Numbered from the stretch's first letter, positions 1-11,055 are shown. The stretch: 63,568 nt of DNA from Candidatus Bruticola sp. (GCA_051874735.1 JBJEGD010000005.1:1-63568); one strand, 5' to 3'. Notes: a model not told the origin generated them from the sequence alone. Translations and numbers: made by a program.

Positions 1-52
1 CGTATCGATATAACAGACACAGCTCCTCCTTCAAACAGATCTGCTGCCGAAC

Positions 53-1177
53 TTAGTCACTGAGGTTAGCTTGCCAAGAAATTGTGTGAGTTCCTCCCAC
101 ATTTATCACACCTTTAAATTGCCTGCCATGGCGCGATGCTTTCCAAGTTGCCCCTTCAGTACTTACCCCACTGCCGAATCTGGCATCAAAAGCAGCCTGC
201 TTTCCTTTAATAACACAGGTGCCGCTCATGTTTCCAAATTTATCTGCAGTCCCTGTAAGAATATATTCAATATTCCAAAGCCCTCCCTCACGACCAGACT
301 CCGCTATGGTCTCTAACACCCTTCCGCTGACTTCAAAATTTTGTATCTTGAGGCGGCAATTATTGTCAACAAAAAGCGAGCCACCGCCGGCCATGTTAAT
401 CACATTGGGTAAACAATAACTGCCGTTAGCGTTCAAAGTTCTTGTACTTAAATTTAATGAATAATCACTGATAGTAATTATACGGGCAAAAGGCTTATGC
501 TTCTGAGTAGTAATTCTTCCTGAAGAACTTAAGATAGCTGTCTTTACATTATTTGATCCTGAAAAAGTAATAACGGCGTACAGACGCGCCATACCGTCAG
601 AGGGATACCAACTGAAACGAATTTCTCCGCTCCATTCACGAGATCGATAATGGCTAGAAGAGGATATAGTGATATCCTGATCATCTAGTTGGACTAAGCA
701 CTTATATACCTTAGAAGTAGCTTTGATTACTTTAGGATCATTCCAGTCTAAAATAATTCCACGATCTATCCCCATCAATCGCAAACCGGACATAAACTTA
801 TTTAAGCTATTCTTATTTTCAGCATAACATTGCATCAAATCTACTGAATTAAAACGAGCTAGCTCCGCTCCCTGAGCCTGCTTTACACCTATTAAATAAG
901 CTTCAGGGACAGTATTTAACAAAGAAGAATCAGAATAAAATGAACGGAATAAATTAGAGGATATACTGGATGCGGTTATCTTACGTAAATTTGCATTGGG
1001 TCCAGTCTCTGCATTAATTTTTTCTAATGTTTGTTTAGCTAAGCTAGTAAATAGATTGCGCACCTCTAAATCGCGTTTAGAAGCCCAAGAATTTGCGGGA
1101 TACACGGTCCACAATCCTAGCAAAGAGAGGAGTAATACCGCAATGCACAAGCGCCATCTACTGGAGTAAAGCGCCAT
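53..1177 (-). CDS. Hypothetical exported protein
   Basis: Long ORF. The ATG at 1177 (MALYSSRWRLCIAVLLLSLLGLW...) gives a signal-peptide-like N-terminus and avoids overlap with the upstream gene. No family recognised. Confidence 0.65.
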   Translation of the reverse strand: MALYSSRWRLCIAVLLLSLLGLWTVYPANSWASKRDLEVRNLFTSLAKQTLEKINAETGPNANLRKITASSISSNLFRSFYSDSSLLNTVPEAYLIGVKQAQGAELARFNSVDLMQCYAENKNSLNKFMSGLRLMGIDRGIILDWNDPKVIKATSKVYKCLVQLDDQDITISSSSHYRSREWSGEIRFSWYPSDGMARLYAVITFSGSNNVKTAILSSSGRITTQKHKPFARIITISDYSLNLSTRTLNANGSYCLPNVINMAGGGSLFVDNNCRLKIQNFEVSGRVLETIAESGREGGLWNIEYILTGTADKFGNMSGTCVIKGKQAAFDARFGSGVSTEGATWKASRHGRQFKGVINVGGTHTISWQANLSD

Positions 1178-1199
1178 CTTAGCCCAACGAAATAATCGC

Positions 1200-3503
1200 T
1201 TAGAAATCATAGACGCCATCATCTGCACCTTGTTTGGGCTGATTTCTCTTATCACCTAAACTTTTAAAAATTCCATCATTAATCGGTTCATCAGGTATGG
1301 CCAGCAATTCATCTTCCTCTTTGGTTTGAGCAGTATATTCTGAGTTTACTTCATTATGATTAGGATCTTTTTTTCCACTCCTTCTCTTAACCGCACTAGC
1401 TCTAGACTGCACGGCCTCACGCGCCTTAGCTTCAGCCTCGAGCCTTTCAGCTTCCAGCTGTTCCCGGCGAGCACGCTCTTTAGCCATCTTATGACTATAC
1501 TGAGGATTGGCGCTTTCTTTAGCTGCTTCCATTTCGGCGGCTTCTCTGGCTTGGGCTGCTTCCTGATCAGAAGCTCTTTCCAAAGCCTTGGCAATTTTAC
1601 CATTAGGCGACACGTAATTAACGTAACTTCTGATAAAATCATCACCACAGCGAGGATTAATAACTACATGGACGATGCCTTCAGCGGCCCGTTTAATATA
1701 AACAACATCGAGCAGAAAATCTTCTAGAATAAGCTTCTCTAAAATCTTTCTGTGCACATTTGGTAGTTTACCTAAAGCAAAATCAACAGCCACCCCTCTA
1801 TTATGAGTTTCCATACTATTAGCCGCACAAGACTTATGATTTCGCCCTAAAGCCCAAGCTCCAGAAATATTTTTTAAAGGCAATTTAACGTTAGGATTGC
1901 CACTTGATTCTATGAAACGTTTCTGTAAGGAAGATAAGTACCCATATAACTCAGGAGAAGCATACCAACACGCCGCTTTGACATCGCCGCTCAATTCAGG
2001 AATCACCTCTTTTTCCTGAACAGGAACTTTTTTGCCGCTTTTATTAGCTTTACTCTTCGCCTTGTCAGCAGCTTTAGCCTGACTTACTTTGGGGACAATT
2101 TTCTCTGCGGCCGGAATATCCACCCCAAAATTTTTAAATTTAGTCGAATCTATAGCACACAACCAATCGTTTTCTAAGCCGTCCTTAAGCTTTTCTACTG
2201 AGTCATAAGTCGGCAGTCCCCTAACCTCACAAAAGTCGAGCGGTTGTTCATAACGTCTTTGCAAAGTGCGCACAAAATTATCCCCCGCTTTTAAACCGGC
2301 ATACGAGGCAATTACCTTCCAAGGATAAAGATCTGACTCATCTCCTAAAGCTAAAGAAGCATTTTCTTCGTTTACTCTATCTCCGTAAACGGTGCGCAAT
2401 CCGCAGAGAATTTCTCTCGTATAAATGTTATTCCATAAATCGATATATTTTAAATCGTAACGTTCGAGAGCTTCAAAAAGACCAATGCGATTATGATCTG
2501 TTTCAGCCTCTAAATTCAAATCTTTGACTTGACGCAAATAAGCGTAAATAACGTCGTCATTATTTACAACCCCATTATGGTAAGCGGAAATAGCCAAATC
2601 GACACGCTCTCCATAATTTGAAAGCAGATACTTAAAGAAAAGCACTGAATCTTCTAAGTTGCATTCGATCATTAGACGTTCATCTTTAAGTTTATTATTT
2701 TTAGTCAGCTCAGCATGGCGTTCTTCACAATCAGCTAATTTAGCAGCCTTTTCTAAACGTTCAGCCTTTATTTTATCTTCACGTATTTCTGAAGTGCGCA
2801 GACGAGCAGCCTCCTGTCTCCATTCTTCAGCTCTAGCTTTTCCGAACGCATGAGCCGTTTCTACAGCGCCTTCAGTAATTTGGCCCAAACCAGCAGCATT
2901 GGCAAAAGATACCTTGCTGATATCACCAGAATTTTCCCAGCTAACAATGGCCCACATGGCCTCAAAAGGAACATTTAATCCGGTGCATATAGTGCGCAGC
3001 TGAGTTTCTATTTGACGGGCAACAGCGTGATTATTAAGTAAATTGTGCTGAGGAGTTTCATGGTAGACTATATAGTGATATCCTAAAATAGTATTGGCCG
3101 CTTGTTCAAGCTGATCTTCACTGTAAAATGACAGCAGATCTTTAACCCCAGCGACTACTGCTGAACGCTCACGTTTTTTGTATTTATGTTTATAATAATC
3201 TTGTAAAAAAGAATCACCTCGACTATACGGAGAAGACTCTTCTGTAAACGTTTCTTCTTCGTCTTCGGATGACGAATCTGAGGCTGTAGAATTGGACACA
3301 GCTACCGGAGCAGGAGCGGTCGGTTCTTTCTTACCAGAACAAGCGCAAGCGCCAAGTCCAAAGGAGCTAATTATTAAAACAGCACACAACCTTTTAAAAT
3401 TAAAGCAGCTTCCTATACTGCTAGCCAATTCACAGCCATAAAGATTAAAAAATCTAAACATAAGCTGGTAATTTGTGGAAAATGTTAGTCTTCCTTTTAC
3501 CAA
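1200..3503 (-). CDS. Putative lipoprotein with lytic transglycosylase (SLT-like) domain and C-terminal M15/LAS-like (DUF5715-like) domain
   Basis: Lipobox-like LGAC; SLT motifs AIVSWENSG, GLGQIT, AISAYHNG; later HNRGVAVD (HxxxxxxD). True start is probably downstream of 3503. Confidence 0.65.
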   Translation of the reverse strand: MVKGRLTFSTNYQLMFRFFNLYGCELASSIGSCFNFKRLCAVLIISSFGLGACACSGKKEPTAPAPVAVSNSTASDSSSEDEEETFTEESSPYSRGDSFLQDYYKHKYKKRERSAVVAGVKDLLSFYSEDQLEQAANTILGYHYIVYHETPQHNLLNNHAVARQIETQLRTICTGLNVPFEAMWAIVSWENSGDISKVSFANAAGLGQITEGAVETAHAFGKARAEEWRQEAARLRTSEIREDKIKAERLEKAAKLADCEERHAELTKNNKLKDERLMIECNLEDSVLFFKYLLSNYGERVDLAISAYHNGVVNNDDVIYAYLRQVKDLNLEAETDHNRIGLFEALERYDLKYIDLWNNIYTREILCGLRTVYGDRVNEENASLALGDESDLYPWKVIASYAGLKAGDNFVRTLQRRYEQPLDFCEVRGLPTYDSVEKLKDGLENDWLCAIDSTKFKNFGVDIPAAEKIVPKVSQAKAADKAKSKANKSGKKVPVQEKEVIPELSGDVKAACWYASPELYGYLSSLQKRFIESSGNPNVKLPLKNISGAWALGRNHKSCAANSMETHNRGVAVDFALGKLPNVHRKILEKLILEDFLLDVVYIKRAAEGIVHVVINPRCGDDFIRSYVNYVSPNGKIAKALERASDQEAAQAREAAEMEAAKESANPQYSHKMAKERARREQLEAERLEAEAKAREAVQSRASAVKRRSGKKDPNHNEVNSEYTAQTKEEDELLAIPDEPINDGIFKSLGDKRNQPKQGADDGVYDF

Positions 3504-3590
3504 TAGCTCCGCAGTTAAAAGTACAACGCTTAAGTTGCCTTAAAAATAGCCTTTGAGAATATTATAGAGGCGCCATAGGAGGGGGAGAAT

Positions 3591-4007
3591 ATGAAAATTA
3601 AGGAAAATAACAGGTTTTTGGGCAATTACGGGGAGAGAGTAGCGATAGACTACCTTCACTCTATAGGCCTAAAAATTATTGAACGAAACTTTAAACTGCA
3701 CTATAACTGCCATCCAAATACTAAATATTCATATCGATCTGGACGAGGACTGATTATCGGCGAGATAGATATTGTGGCAGAAGACCATGATTGCTTAGTT
3801 TTTATAGAAGTAAAATGGAGAAGTAGCAATCGTTTCGGCAGTCCTTTAGAAAGTATAACAATAAAAAAACAGCGCAAATTACAAGCCTTAGGGGAAGCCT
3901 ATTTAACTTTGCGCAAACCGCCTCATACTAAAATACGCTTCGATGTTATAGGCATTACCGGCTTTTCTACTTATCTAAAAATCGATCACATACGTAATGC
4001 TTTCTAA
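3591..4007 (+). CDS. yraN: YraN/UPF0102 family PD-(D/E)xK nuclease-like protein
   Basis: GNYGE, GEIDIVA, LVFIEVK, RFDVIGI motifs; AGGAGG RBS upstream. Confidence 0.9.
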   Translation: MKIKENNRFLGNYGERVAIDYLHSIGLKIIERNFKLHYNCHPNTKYSYRSGRGLIIGEIDIVAEDHDCLVFIEVKWRSSNRFGSPLESITIKKQRKLQALGEAYLTLRKPPHTKIRFDVIGITGFSTYLKIDHIRNAF

Positions 4008-4073
4008 AATAGCTCCAGAAGGATTAACGCTTCCCGACTACAGAAATTTCTCCGACCGGGGAACTGTTTATTA

Positions 4074-4862
4074 ATGATTGTTATAAATTGTTTAGCTTCG
4101 TGCCTATGCATGGCGGTCTGCGCTTCAGTTAGGACCTTCGCTTCGCTATTGTTCCTATGCCTGGTCTGCCGCTTTTCAACCAATCTTACTTTATTTTGCC
4201 CTGAACAGACCAAAATATTAACTTCAGATACAAGTTTATATATCATAGGCGTAGCTGCTATTATAGAAGTTCTCAGCGATTTTTCACCTATGAGATCAGC
4301 TGTCTTAGGGCCGCTAATGATTGTGCTGCGTCCGGCGGCAGCGGCTTTGTGCATTCTTTCGATAGCAGCCTCTACTCATCCCAGCTTCCAGTTTCAAATG
4401 GTTGCTGCCGTAGCAGTCGGCCTACTAATATGTTGGCCTTTGCTAACTATGCGCCATCAATATATAAATTTAAGAGGGGCTCAGCGAACTTATCAAGCGA
4501 CAGGACTGGAGCGAATTTTTTTACCTCTGATCCTGCAACCGAGTTCCAACAGCCCTGTTTTAAATACGGTAGGCTCCAGTCTGATTGAAAGCGGACTAGT
4601 CGTTTTGGGACTTTGGAGCACGATTAAATATCCCCTATTTTTAGCCCCTATAATGCTAATCACGGCTAGTCGAACTATTTTTAAACAAATACAAGCCAGC
4701 CGCCGTCCTCAGAGCAACTTTGAGCACAAATTTGTCAGATATTACCAAAATAACAAAATTACTGAAGAAGTCGTATCTTCATCTGGACACGTTCAACAAG
4801 ATGAATTTTTCAGTAGTCAAGCTGATAATAACTCAAATTCTCAAGTAATCTACAGACGCTAA
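4074..4862 (+). CDS. Membrane protein, DUF4126-like
   Basis: Several hydrophobic segments; IIEVLSD, LRPAAAA and SLIES patterns resemble DUF4126. Confidence 0.55.
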   Translation: MIVINCLASCLCMAVCASVRTFASLLFLCLVCRFSTNLTLFCPEQTKILTSDTSLYIIGVAAIIEVLSDFSPMRSAVLGPLMIVLRPAAAALCILSIAASTHPSFQFQMVAAVAVGLLICWPLLTMRHQYINLRGAQRTYQATGLERIFLPLILQPSSNSPVLNTVGSSLIESGLVVLGLWSTIKYPLFLAPIMLITASRTIFKQIQASRRPQSNFEHKFVRYYQNNKITEEVVSSSGHVQQDEFFSSQADNNSNSQVIYRR

Positions 4863-4887
4863 GTTCCTCAATTTGGTTAAACAGTCG

Positions 4888-5682
4888 CTAGACGGAAATG
4901 GGAGCACGCAGAGCCGGATGGTACTGGTAATTTTTTAGACAAAAATCTTCATAAACAAATTCATCCAAGCTAGTCCGAGATTGATTAATTTCCATATAGG
5001 GCAGCGGATAAGGCTGACGGCTCAGCAACTCCTCAGCCTGAGACAGATGATTCAAATACAAATGAGCATCCCCCAAAGTATGAATAAAATCGCCACATTT
5101 TAAACTACATACTTGCGCTATCATCATAGTCAGCAAGGCATATGAAGCGATATTAAAGGGCACTCCCAGAAAAACATCAGCGCTGCGCTGATAAAGCTGA
5201 CAAGAAAGGCATCCTTCATTAACATAAAACTGAAAAAGCACATGGCAAGGAGGCAGAGCCATTTGCTGCAGCTGACCTACATTCCAAGCGCTAACCAGTA
5301 AACGACGAGAGCAAGGATTGCTCTTTATCTCTTCAATAATCTCTTGCAGCTGATCAATAGTACCGCCATGATAATTAGGCCAGGAACGCCATTGAACTCC
5401 GTAAACTGGTCCCAGCTCTCCCTTCGCATCAGCCCAAGCATCCCAAATCGAGACATTATGTTCTTTTAAATATGATATATTGGAACTCCCCTGCAAAAAC
5501 CAAAGCAGCTCATAAATAACAGACTTCATAAATAACTTTTTAGTAGTTACAGCGGGAAATCCGTCCTGTAAATTGAAGCGCATCTGGTATCCAAAAATGC
5601 TTTTAGTTCCAGTTCCGGTACGATCAGCTCTTAGAGAACCTTTCTCATAAATATCTTTTACTAACTGCAAATATTGACGCAT
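4888..5682 (-). CDS. thyA: Thymidylate synthase
   Basis: DRTGTGT, ELLWFL, MALPPCH (catalytic Cys), YQRSAD, PFNIASY. Confidence 0.98.
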   Translation of the reverse strand: MRQYLQLVKDIYEKGSLRADRTGTGTKSIFGYQMRFNLQDGFPAVTTKKLFMKSVIYELLWFLQGSSNISYLKEHNVSIWDAWADAKGELGPVYGVQWRSWPNYHGGTIDQLQEIIEEIKSNPCSRRLLVSAWNVGQLQQMALPPCHVLFQFYVNEGCLSCQLYQRSADVFLGVPFNIASYALLTMMIAQVCSLKCGDFIHTLGDAHLYLNHLSQAEELLSRQPYPLPYMEINQSRTSLDEFVYEDFCLKNYQYHPALRAPISV

Positions 5683-5740
5683 TCTTCAATGCCTTTCCAT
5701 GCTTTACAGAAAAAACGGGCATAATTATCACAACAGTAGT

Positions 5741-6598
5741 TTAGCGGACAAAATACACTGCAACGAGTGCCACTGCTAAAATAATTCTATAAATAACGAA
5801 AGGAAGCAGATTACGCTGAGAGACTATTTTCTCCAACATCATAATGCCAATAAAACCAGCGGTAAATGAAGCTAGAAATCCGCTGCCTACAGTTAGAAGA
5901 AACTCTCTATTCATATCAATCCCGAGACAAAAACCGCGCATAACTTTCACTAAAAAGGCCCCTCCCACTACTGGCAAAGCGGTTAGAAGAGAGATTCTGC
6001 CAGATTCTTGACGGTTAAGACCAAAAAAACGAGCAGCGGTTAAAACGATACCGGAACGCGAAACTCCGGGAAAAAGTGCCAACCCTTGGGCGCATCCCAA
6101 ATAGACCGCGTCTTTTATACTTAGTTCAGTCAATTCACGACTTCTGCTTTTATAATGATCGGATATATATAATAGGCAACCGAAAATCGAAAGGGTAAAA
6201 GCGGTAAATATTAGTCCGTGGAAGTACTTTTCCACAACATTTTCTAAAGCAAATCCCAAAACAGCAGTAGGTATAGAAGCCGCAATTATAAGTGCAGCCA
6301 ATTTAAAATCGCCGCTGCACTCCTGCCAAGGAATAATCCGACGTCTTCTTACAGAAGTCAAAACATAATCTTCCAGGCTGGAAAGCAGCTTCTCGATCAG
6401 TTCGTGCTTGTATAGACAGATAGCCAAAAGAGTTCCGCCATGCAGAATTACATCGAACATTTTGCCAAAATAAGGAGAATTGGCCAACTGAGGAAGCAGC
6501 ATTAAATGGGCAGAAGAGGAAATCGGCAAGAATTCAGATATCCCCTGAACAATTCCTAGAATAATTGCTTCCGTAACACAAGAGTAATTATCCAGCAC
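5741..6598 (-). CDS. uppP: Undecaprenyl-diphosphatase
   Basis: GIVQGISEFLPISSSAH and PGVSRSG motifs; multi-TM. Confidence 0.95.
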   Translation of the reverse strand: MLDNYSCVTEAIILGIVQGISEFLPISSSAHLMLLPQLANSPYFGKMFDVILHGGTLLAICLYKHELIEKLLSSLEDYVLTSVRRRRIIPWQECSGDFKLAALIIAASIPTAVLGFALENVVEKYFHGLIFTAFTLSIFGCLLYISDHYKSRSRELTELSIKDAVYLGCAQGLALFPGVSRSGIVLTAARFFGLNRQESGRISLLTALPVVGGAFLVKVMRGFCLGIDMNREFLLTVGSGFLASFTAGFIGIMMLEKIVSQRNLLPFVIYRIILAVALVAVYFVR

Positions 6599-6682
6599 CT
6601 ATTTAATACTTCCTTACAACAAACTTAACAACTGATAATTTTATTTGGACAACGGCAAAAATTGCGGGCTAATTACTCAAGC

Positions 6683-7783
6683 TCAAACATCTTCTAAACG
6701 ATGACAGGGAATTCTTTTATAATCCTGAGGGCCAACATTAGGAAGAGAGACCAAGAACGCGCAAAGTTCTTCGTTTTTAGCTGAGCAATTATCTCTAGTA
6801 AAATAATGTTTCATCGGAGTACTCATCTTTTTCAACCAAGTCTTTCCTTCGGTAAAGAAAGTACGGGCATCTATAATCTTGCCGTCAAGCTCCTGTTCTT
6901 GGCTATGAATAAGGATGCGATCAGTTATTGGAAATACTGCAGGTTCGAAATTGCTCCATTCACACATAGTAAATACCTGCTGAGTATCTAAATCTTGATA
7001 GAACTCTATATCTGCATAATGGCGCTTCATTTTATCTTTGGAGTAACGACTCCGCAGTATGGGAGCAATAATGCGGTACTCCCAAACACACTCCAAAAAA
7101 GACCTACGGTAACGGGGAGACGCTCCGTGAATGCACTCCCAAATCTGACGGGCCCGAACATTTACATCGTGCCACAGAAGCATAAGATCGTCTAAAACAG
7201 GGTTTGTTGAACTGTATAAAGGTTTAAGAGCATATCCCTGTTTGTCCGCGTCTTCCCTGGGAGCAGCACAAGGAAGGTAATCTATCCTCAGATTAAATTC
7301 ACGGGCCGTTACAATAGGAGCTAAAAAACATTCCAAAGCAAAAACATGAGGACAGGGTAGACTGAGTTCAAACTCCAACCCCACTTCATCGCCTTTATCG
7401 GGAAGATACCCTACAAACTTGGCATAAGCCCGCGTTTCGCTATTATAATACTCATATTGCGGATTCTGCGGTCCAGTATTCTTGTCTTCAGGCAGCAAAA
7501 GAGTATGGTCTAAACTGACCAAAAAGGCTGAAATTTCACTCCAGCTAGGACAAGACTCTTCATCTTCAGGTACAGCAAAGCGCAACCTCAATACTAAAGG
7601 ACTAGCTTCAGCTATAGGCATACAGCGAACATCTTTCAGCGAGTGAAAAGATCGTCTAGCTGAATGCGTCTTTATTTCCTTTTTCTTTAACCTATGGCGC
7701 CTATAAATACGCCCCATCTTGGGCTCTGCCTCTGAATTATTCTCCTTATTGCCCATATTAGCAGTCTTGATTTGTTCTTTCAT
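6683..7783 (-). CDS. Hypothetical protein
   Basis: 366-aa ORF with ATG start; no motif confidently assigned. Confidence 0.7.
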   Translation of the reverse strand: MKEQIKTANMGNKENNSEAEPKMGRIYRRHRLKKKEIKTHSARRSFHSLKDVRCMPIAEASPLVLRLRFAVPEDEESCPSWSEISAFLVSLDHTLLLPEDKNTGPQNPQYEYYNSETRAYAKFVGYLPDKGDEVGLEFELSLPCPHVFALECFLAPIVTAREFNLRIDYLPCAAPREDADKQGYALKPLYSSTNPVLDDLMLLWHDVNVRARQIWECIHGASPRYRRSFLECVWEYRIIAPILRSRYSKDKMKRHYADIEFYQDLDTQQVFTMCEWSNFEPAVFPITDRILIHSQEQELDGKIIDARTFFTEGKTWLKKMSTPMKHYFTRDNCSAKNEELCAFLVSLPNVGPQDYKRIPCHRLEDV

Positions 7784-7957
7784 TGCCTAATTAAATACTC
7801 CGGGTAAAAACTCCGACGCGCTACTTTCCAACTAAAATATACTTACCCTTTTTTAACAGATATAGCAGAAGGGGGAAAAAGATAAAAGACAAAATCAAAC
7901 TTGAGATTACTTTTATATTAAAAATAATAACCAGAAAGAGACGGACTTCTATTCAAC

Positions 7958-9667
7958 TTGAACAGTCAAAAAGTTTCCCTGCGCGTTGCCGATCTGGATG
8001 GGCAACCTTCTGCAGACTCTTACGCTGAATCTAGTATACAAAAAAATGTACTTCTGAACGATCCGGCTTTATATTGTCCTCTTTCTAAACTGCCTACCAG
8101 AGGAAGTAAAGAAGAAGAGCGCCTATTCCAAGCTCTCTATGCCAAACTTCCTTTAATGTGGGATGCCTTCAAGCATAACGCTAATATAAAGGAAACGGTA
8201 GTGGTGGTGCCTTCACTAACCCTCGACACCGAAGAACTGCGCAAAATAGACGGCATCGAGTATTATGAGGAGCGCCTTCTTTTCCTTTTAATTCAACTGG
8301 CTAATCCTAGCACTGAAGTTGTTTTTGTTACTTCTCAACCCATTCGAGACAGAATTGTTGATTATTATCTGCAGCTTTTACCTGGCGTTCCCTATTCTCA
8401 TGCCCGACGCCGACTGCACATGTACAATGTCAACGATGCTTCCCGCGATAAATCGCTTACACAAAAAGTATTGGAGCGCCCTGCTATTCTGCAGAGAATC
8501 CGCAATCATACAATCCATTCTCAAATAGCCCATCTTTCAGTATTTAACGTAACTCCAGCCGAAAAAAGCTTGTCTGTCGCTCTGGGACTACCTTTATTAG
8601 GAGCAGATCCTAAATTTCTTCATTACGGTACAAAGTCAGGAGCTCGCAAATTATTCAAAAAATGCGGTGTGCTCTGCTCCCGCGGACACGAAGATCTCAA
8701 AAATGAAAAAGAAATTGCCCAAGCTATAGTAGATTTGTACTTTACTAATCCTAAACTTAGAAGAGCTGTTATCAAAATAAATGAAGGCTTCTCCGGTGAA
8801 GGCAATGCTATTTATAAATTTGATGAACTGCTTAAAATTGATCCTACCGCAGCCAATCGTTTAAAAGCTGTCGATTTAGTTTTAAGCGATCTTCCCAAAC
8901 ACCTCAAAATGCAAGCAGCTAACCTTCCTTATGAAGATTTCATATCGAAGTTTGAACAAATGGAAGGTATCGTCGAGGAATTCATTGAGGGCGTTGATAA
9001 AGCCTCTCCTAGCGTCCAAACTAGGATCGTACCTCCCCAAGAAGTACAAATTATTTCCACCCATGACCAGATCATGGGCGGCGCCGATGGTCAAGTTTTC
9101 TTAGGCTGCCGCTTTCCGGCTTCTGCGCCTTTCCAAAATATGCTTCATGCCGGCGGCTTAAAGATAGGAAACTGTCTGGCTAAAGAAGGGCTAATCGAAC
9201 GTGTCTCCATAGACTATATGGCTGTTCCTACTATTCCAGACCGCCATATTAGCTCTGATAATCCTTGGCAACTGTATGCTATTGAAATTAACATGCGCAA
9301 AGGCGGCACAACCCATCCTCTGCGCAGCCTGCAGTTTTTAACTGGCGGCCATTATAACCCTGATACGGGACTCTTTACTACTCCACGCGGTTCCACAAAA
9401 TATTACGTAGCTTCAGATAATCTAATTTCTGAAAAATATAAAAGACTACTTCCGGAAGATCTTATAGATATAATCACTTACGCCAAACTGCATTTCAATT
9501 CAATTACCAACACGGGAGTTATTTTCCATATGATCGGAGCTATTTCTCAATACGGAAAATTTGGTGTTACCTGCATAGGCAACACGCCTGAAGAAGCTCA
9601 AGAATTTTATGACAGAACGATTAGGATTATTCAAGAAGAGAGTTCGACAACTCGCTGGCTAATCTAA
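7958..9667 (+). CDS. PGM1-related ATP-grasp peptide ligase
   Basis: VVVVPSLTLD..YYEERLLFLL N-domain; ATP-grasp motifs KINEGFSGEGN, VEEFI, AIEINMRKGGTTHP. Confidence 0.8.
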   Translation: MNSQKVSLRVADLDGQPSADSYAESSIQKNVLLNDPALYCPLSKLPTRGSKEEERLFQALYAKLPLMWDAFKHNANIKETVVVVPSLTLDTEELRKIDGIEYYEERLLFLLIQLANPSTEVVFVTSQPIRDRIVDYYLQLLPGVPYSHARRRLHMYNVNDASRDKSLTQKVLERPAILQRIRNHTIHSQIAHLSVFNVTPAEKSLSVALGLPLLGADPKFLHYGTKSGARKLFKKCGVLCSRGHEDLKNEKEIAQAIVDLYFTNPKLRRAVIKINEGFSGEGNAIYKFDELLKIDPTAANRLKAVDLVLSDLPKHLKMQAANLPYEDFISKFEQMEGIVEEFIEGVDKASPSVQTRIVPPQEVQIISTHDQIMGGADGQVFLGCRFPASAPFQNMLHAGGLKIGNCLAKEGLIERVSIDYMAVPTIPDRHISSDNPWQLYAIEINMRKGGTTHPLRSLQFLTGGHYNPDTGLFTTPRGSTKYYVASDNLISEKYKRLLPEDLIDIITYAKLHFNSITNTGVIFHMIGAISQYGKFGVTCIGNTPEEAQEFYDRTIRIIQEESSTTRWLI

Positions 9668-9749
9668 TTAAAGCAATTGAAATGCAAACTGACTATGGCC
9701 AAGAAAGCGGATAATTAAATCACTTTTTATCTGCGTTATAGCCTATGCT

Positions 9750-9791
9750 AAGCGGCTGCCTTCCATAAAAACAATGCAGGGCAGCCGCTTT
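9750..9791. terminator. Hairpin between convergent genes (likely terminator)
   Basis: AAGCGGCTGCC ... GGCAGCCGCTT inverted repeat. Confidence 0.65.
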
Positions 9792-9801
9792 GTCAAGTAA
9801 T

Positions 9802-10770
9802 TTAATCGAAAGCACTCAAAACTTCGCTGTCTAAACGGGCCAAACGCTCAGGCTCAGGATAAGGGCCGTTAAATATAACCTCGTCAATATCCATATCTAT
9901 AAGAGGCTCTATAGCATCTATAATTCTTTGAGTGGAACCAAAAGGCAATGCATCTGCCTCTTCGTCGTAAAGATGCTGCCCCATAAAACGCCTATAACGA
10001 TGTGCTTCCTGTTCATCATCGATAATATCAGCGTACATAGTAACAGTTTTGCGTATTTTACTAAAATCACGCCCTTTTTCCTCACAAAGATGATGCAAAA
10101 CTTCTAACTTATGTCTGGCTTCTTCCAAAGATGAGAACATATTAACATACAAATTGCAACCATCAGCATACTGAGCTACTGCAGGCAAAATGCGCTTTTC
10201 ACCTCCCCCAGCTAATAAAAGGGGCAGAGGATGTTGCAAAGGTGTAGGAGCGAAAGGGGCTTCATGCAGCTTAAAGAACTTACCTTCCCAATTTATCGGA
10301 TAAGGGCCGTTAAGCAATCGCTTTATTAAAGCTGCACTTTCTTCGAAACGATCGCAGCGAGTTTTCAGACCGCCTAATCGAATACCAAAGGCTTCATGTT
10401 CGCGTTCATGCCACCCTGTACCTAAGCCAAGTTCAGTGCGGCCTCCAGAGATATGATCGACAGTAATAGCTATTTTGCATAACAGAGCTGGATGGCGCAT
10501 AGTCGCTGAAGTAACCATTGTGCCTAAGCGCACCCTTTTAGTTATAGCGGCCAAAGCAGCTAATAAACTCCATCCTTCCAGAATAGGCCCCCGTTCACAC
10601 TCTTCAGCTGAATTTACGGTTAAAGGGAGTTCCTCTGCAGTACAAGGAAGCAAATGATCATAAGTCCAAAGACCGCGCCAGCGTTGCTGATCCATAGCTA
10701 AAGCTGCCTCCCTCAGCACTGGCCAGGGCAGAATATTAGGTAATTCTATTCCAAAGCGTATTTTTGACAT
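9802..10770 (-). CDS. LLM-class (luciferase-like) flavin/F420-dependent oxidoreductase
   Basis: WTYDHL, EGWSLLAALA, RLGTMV, RHPALL, DHISGGR.ELGLGTGW, AGGGEKR. Confidence 0.9.
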   Translation of the reverse strand: MSKIRFGIELPNILPWPVLREAALAMDQQRWRGLWTYDHLLPCTAEELPLTVNSAEECERGPILEGWSLLAALAAITKRVRLGTMVTSATMRHPALLCKIAITVDHISGGRTELGLGTGWHEREHEAFGIRLGGLKTRCDRFEESAALIKRLLNGPYPINWEGKFFKLHEAPFAPTPLQHPLPLLLAGGGEKRILPAVAQYADGCNLYVNMFSSLEEARHKLEVLHHLCEEKGRDFSKIRKTVTMYADIIDDEQEAHRYRRFMGQHLYDEEADALPFGSTQRIIDAIEPLIDMDIDEVIFNGPYPEPERLARLDSEVLSAFD

Positions 10771-11055
10771 ATCAGCCTGATGCTAAGGCAAAAAATTGCA
10801 GTAATCAAGACTAAGGGGGCGCAAAATTTACAAAAGTGCCTTCTCTTCTCAACAGCTTTCAGATACCTAGGAAGGCAAACCAACGAATTACAGCTTAAAA
10901 ACAAGCGGTGTTTACAATATAATCATATACTGACAATATTTCTGATAAACTTAGACAACTTCGCAGCAAAAACACTGTCCTATACTGCCTCCAAGAACTC
11001 ATAAACGCGACCAACGCGCAAGTTCTCAATCAAATTCAATATGAGGTAAACCAAT

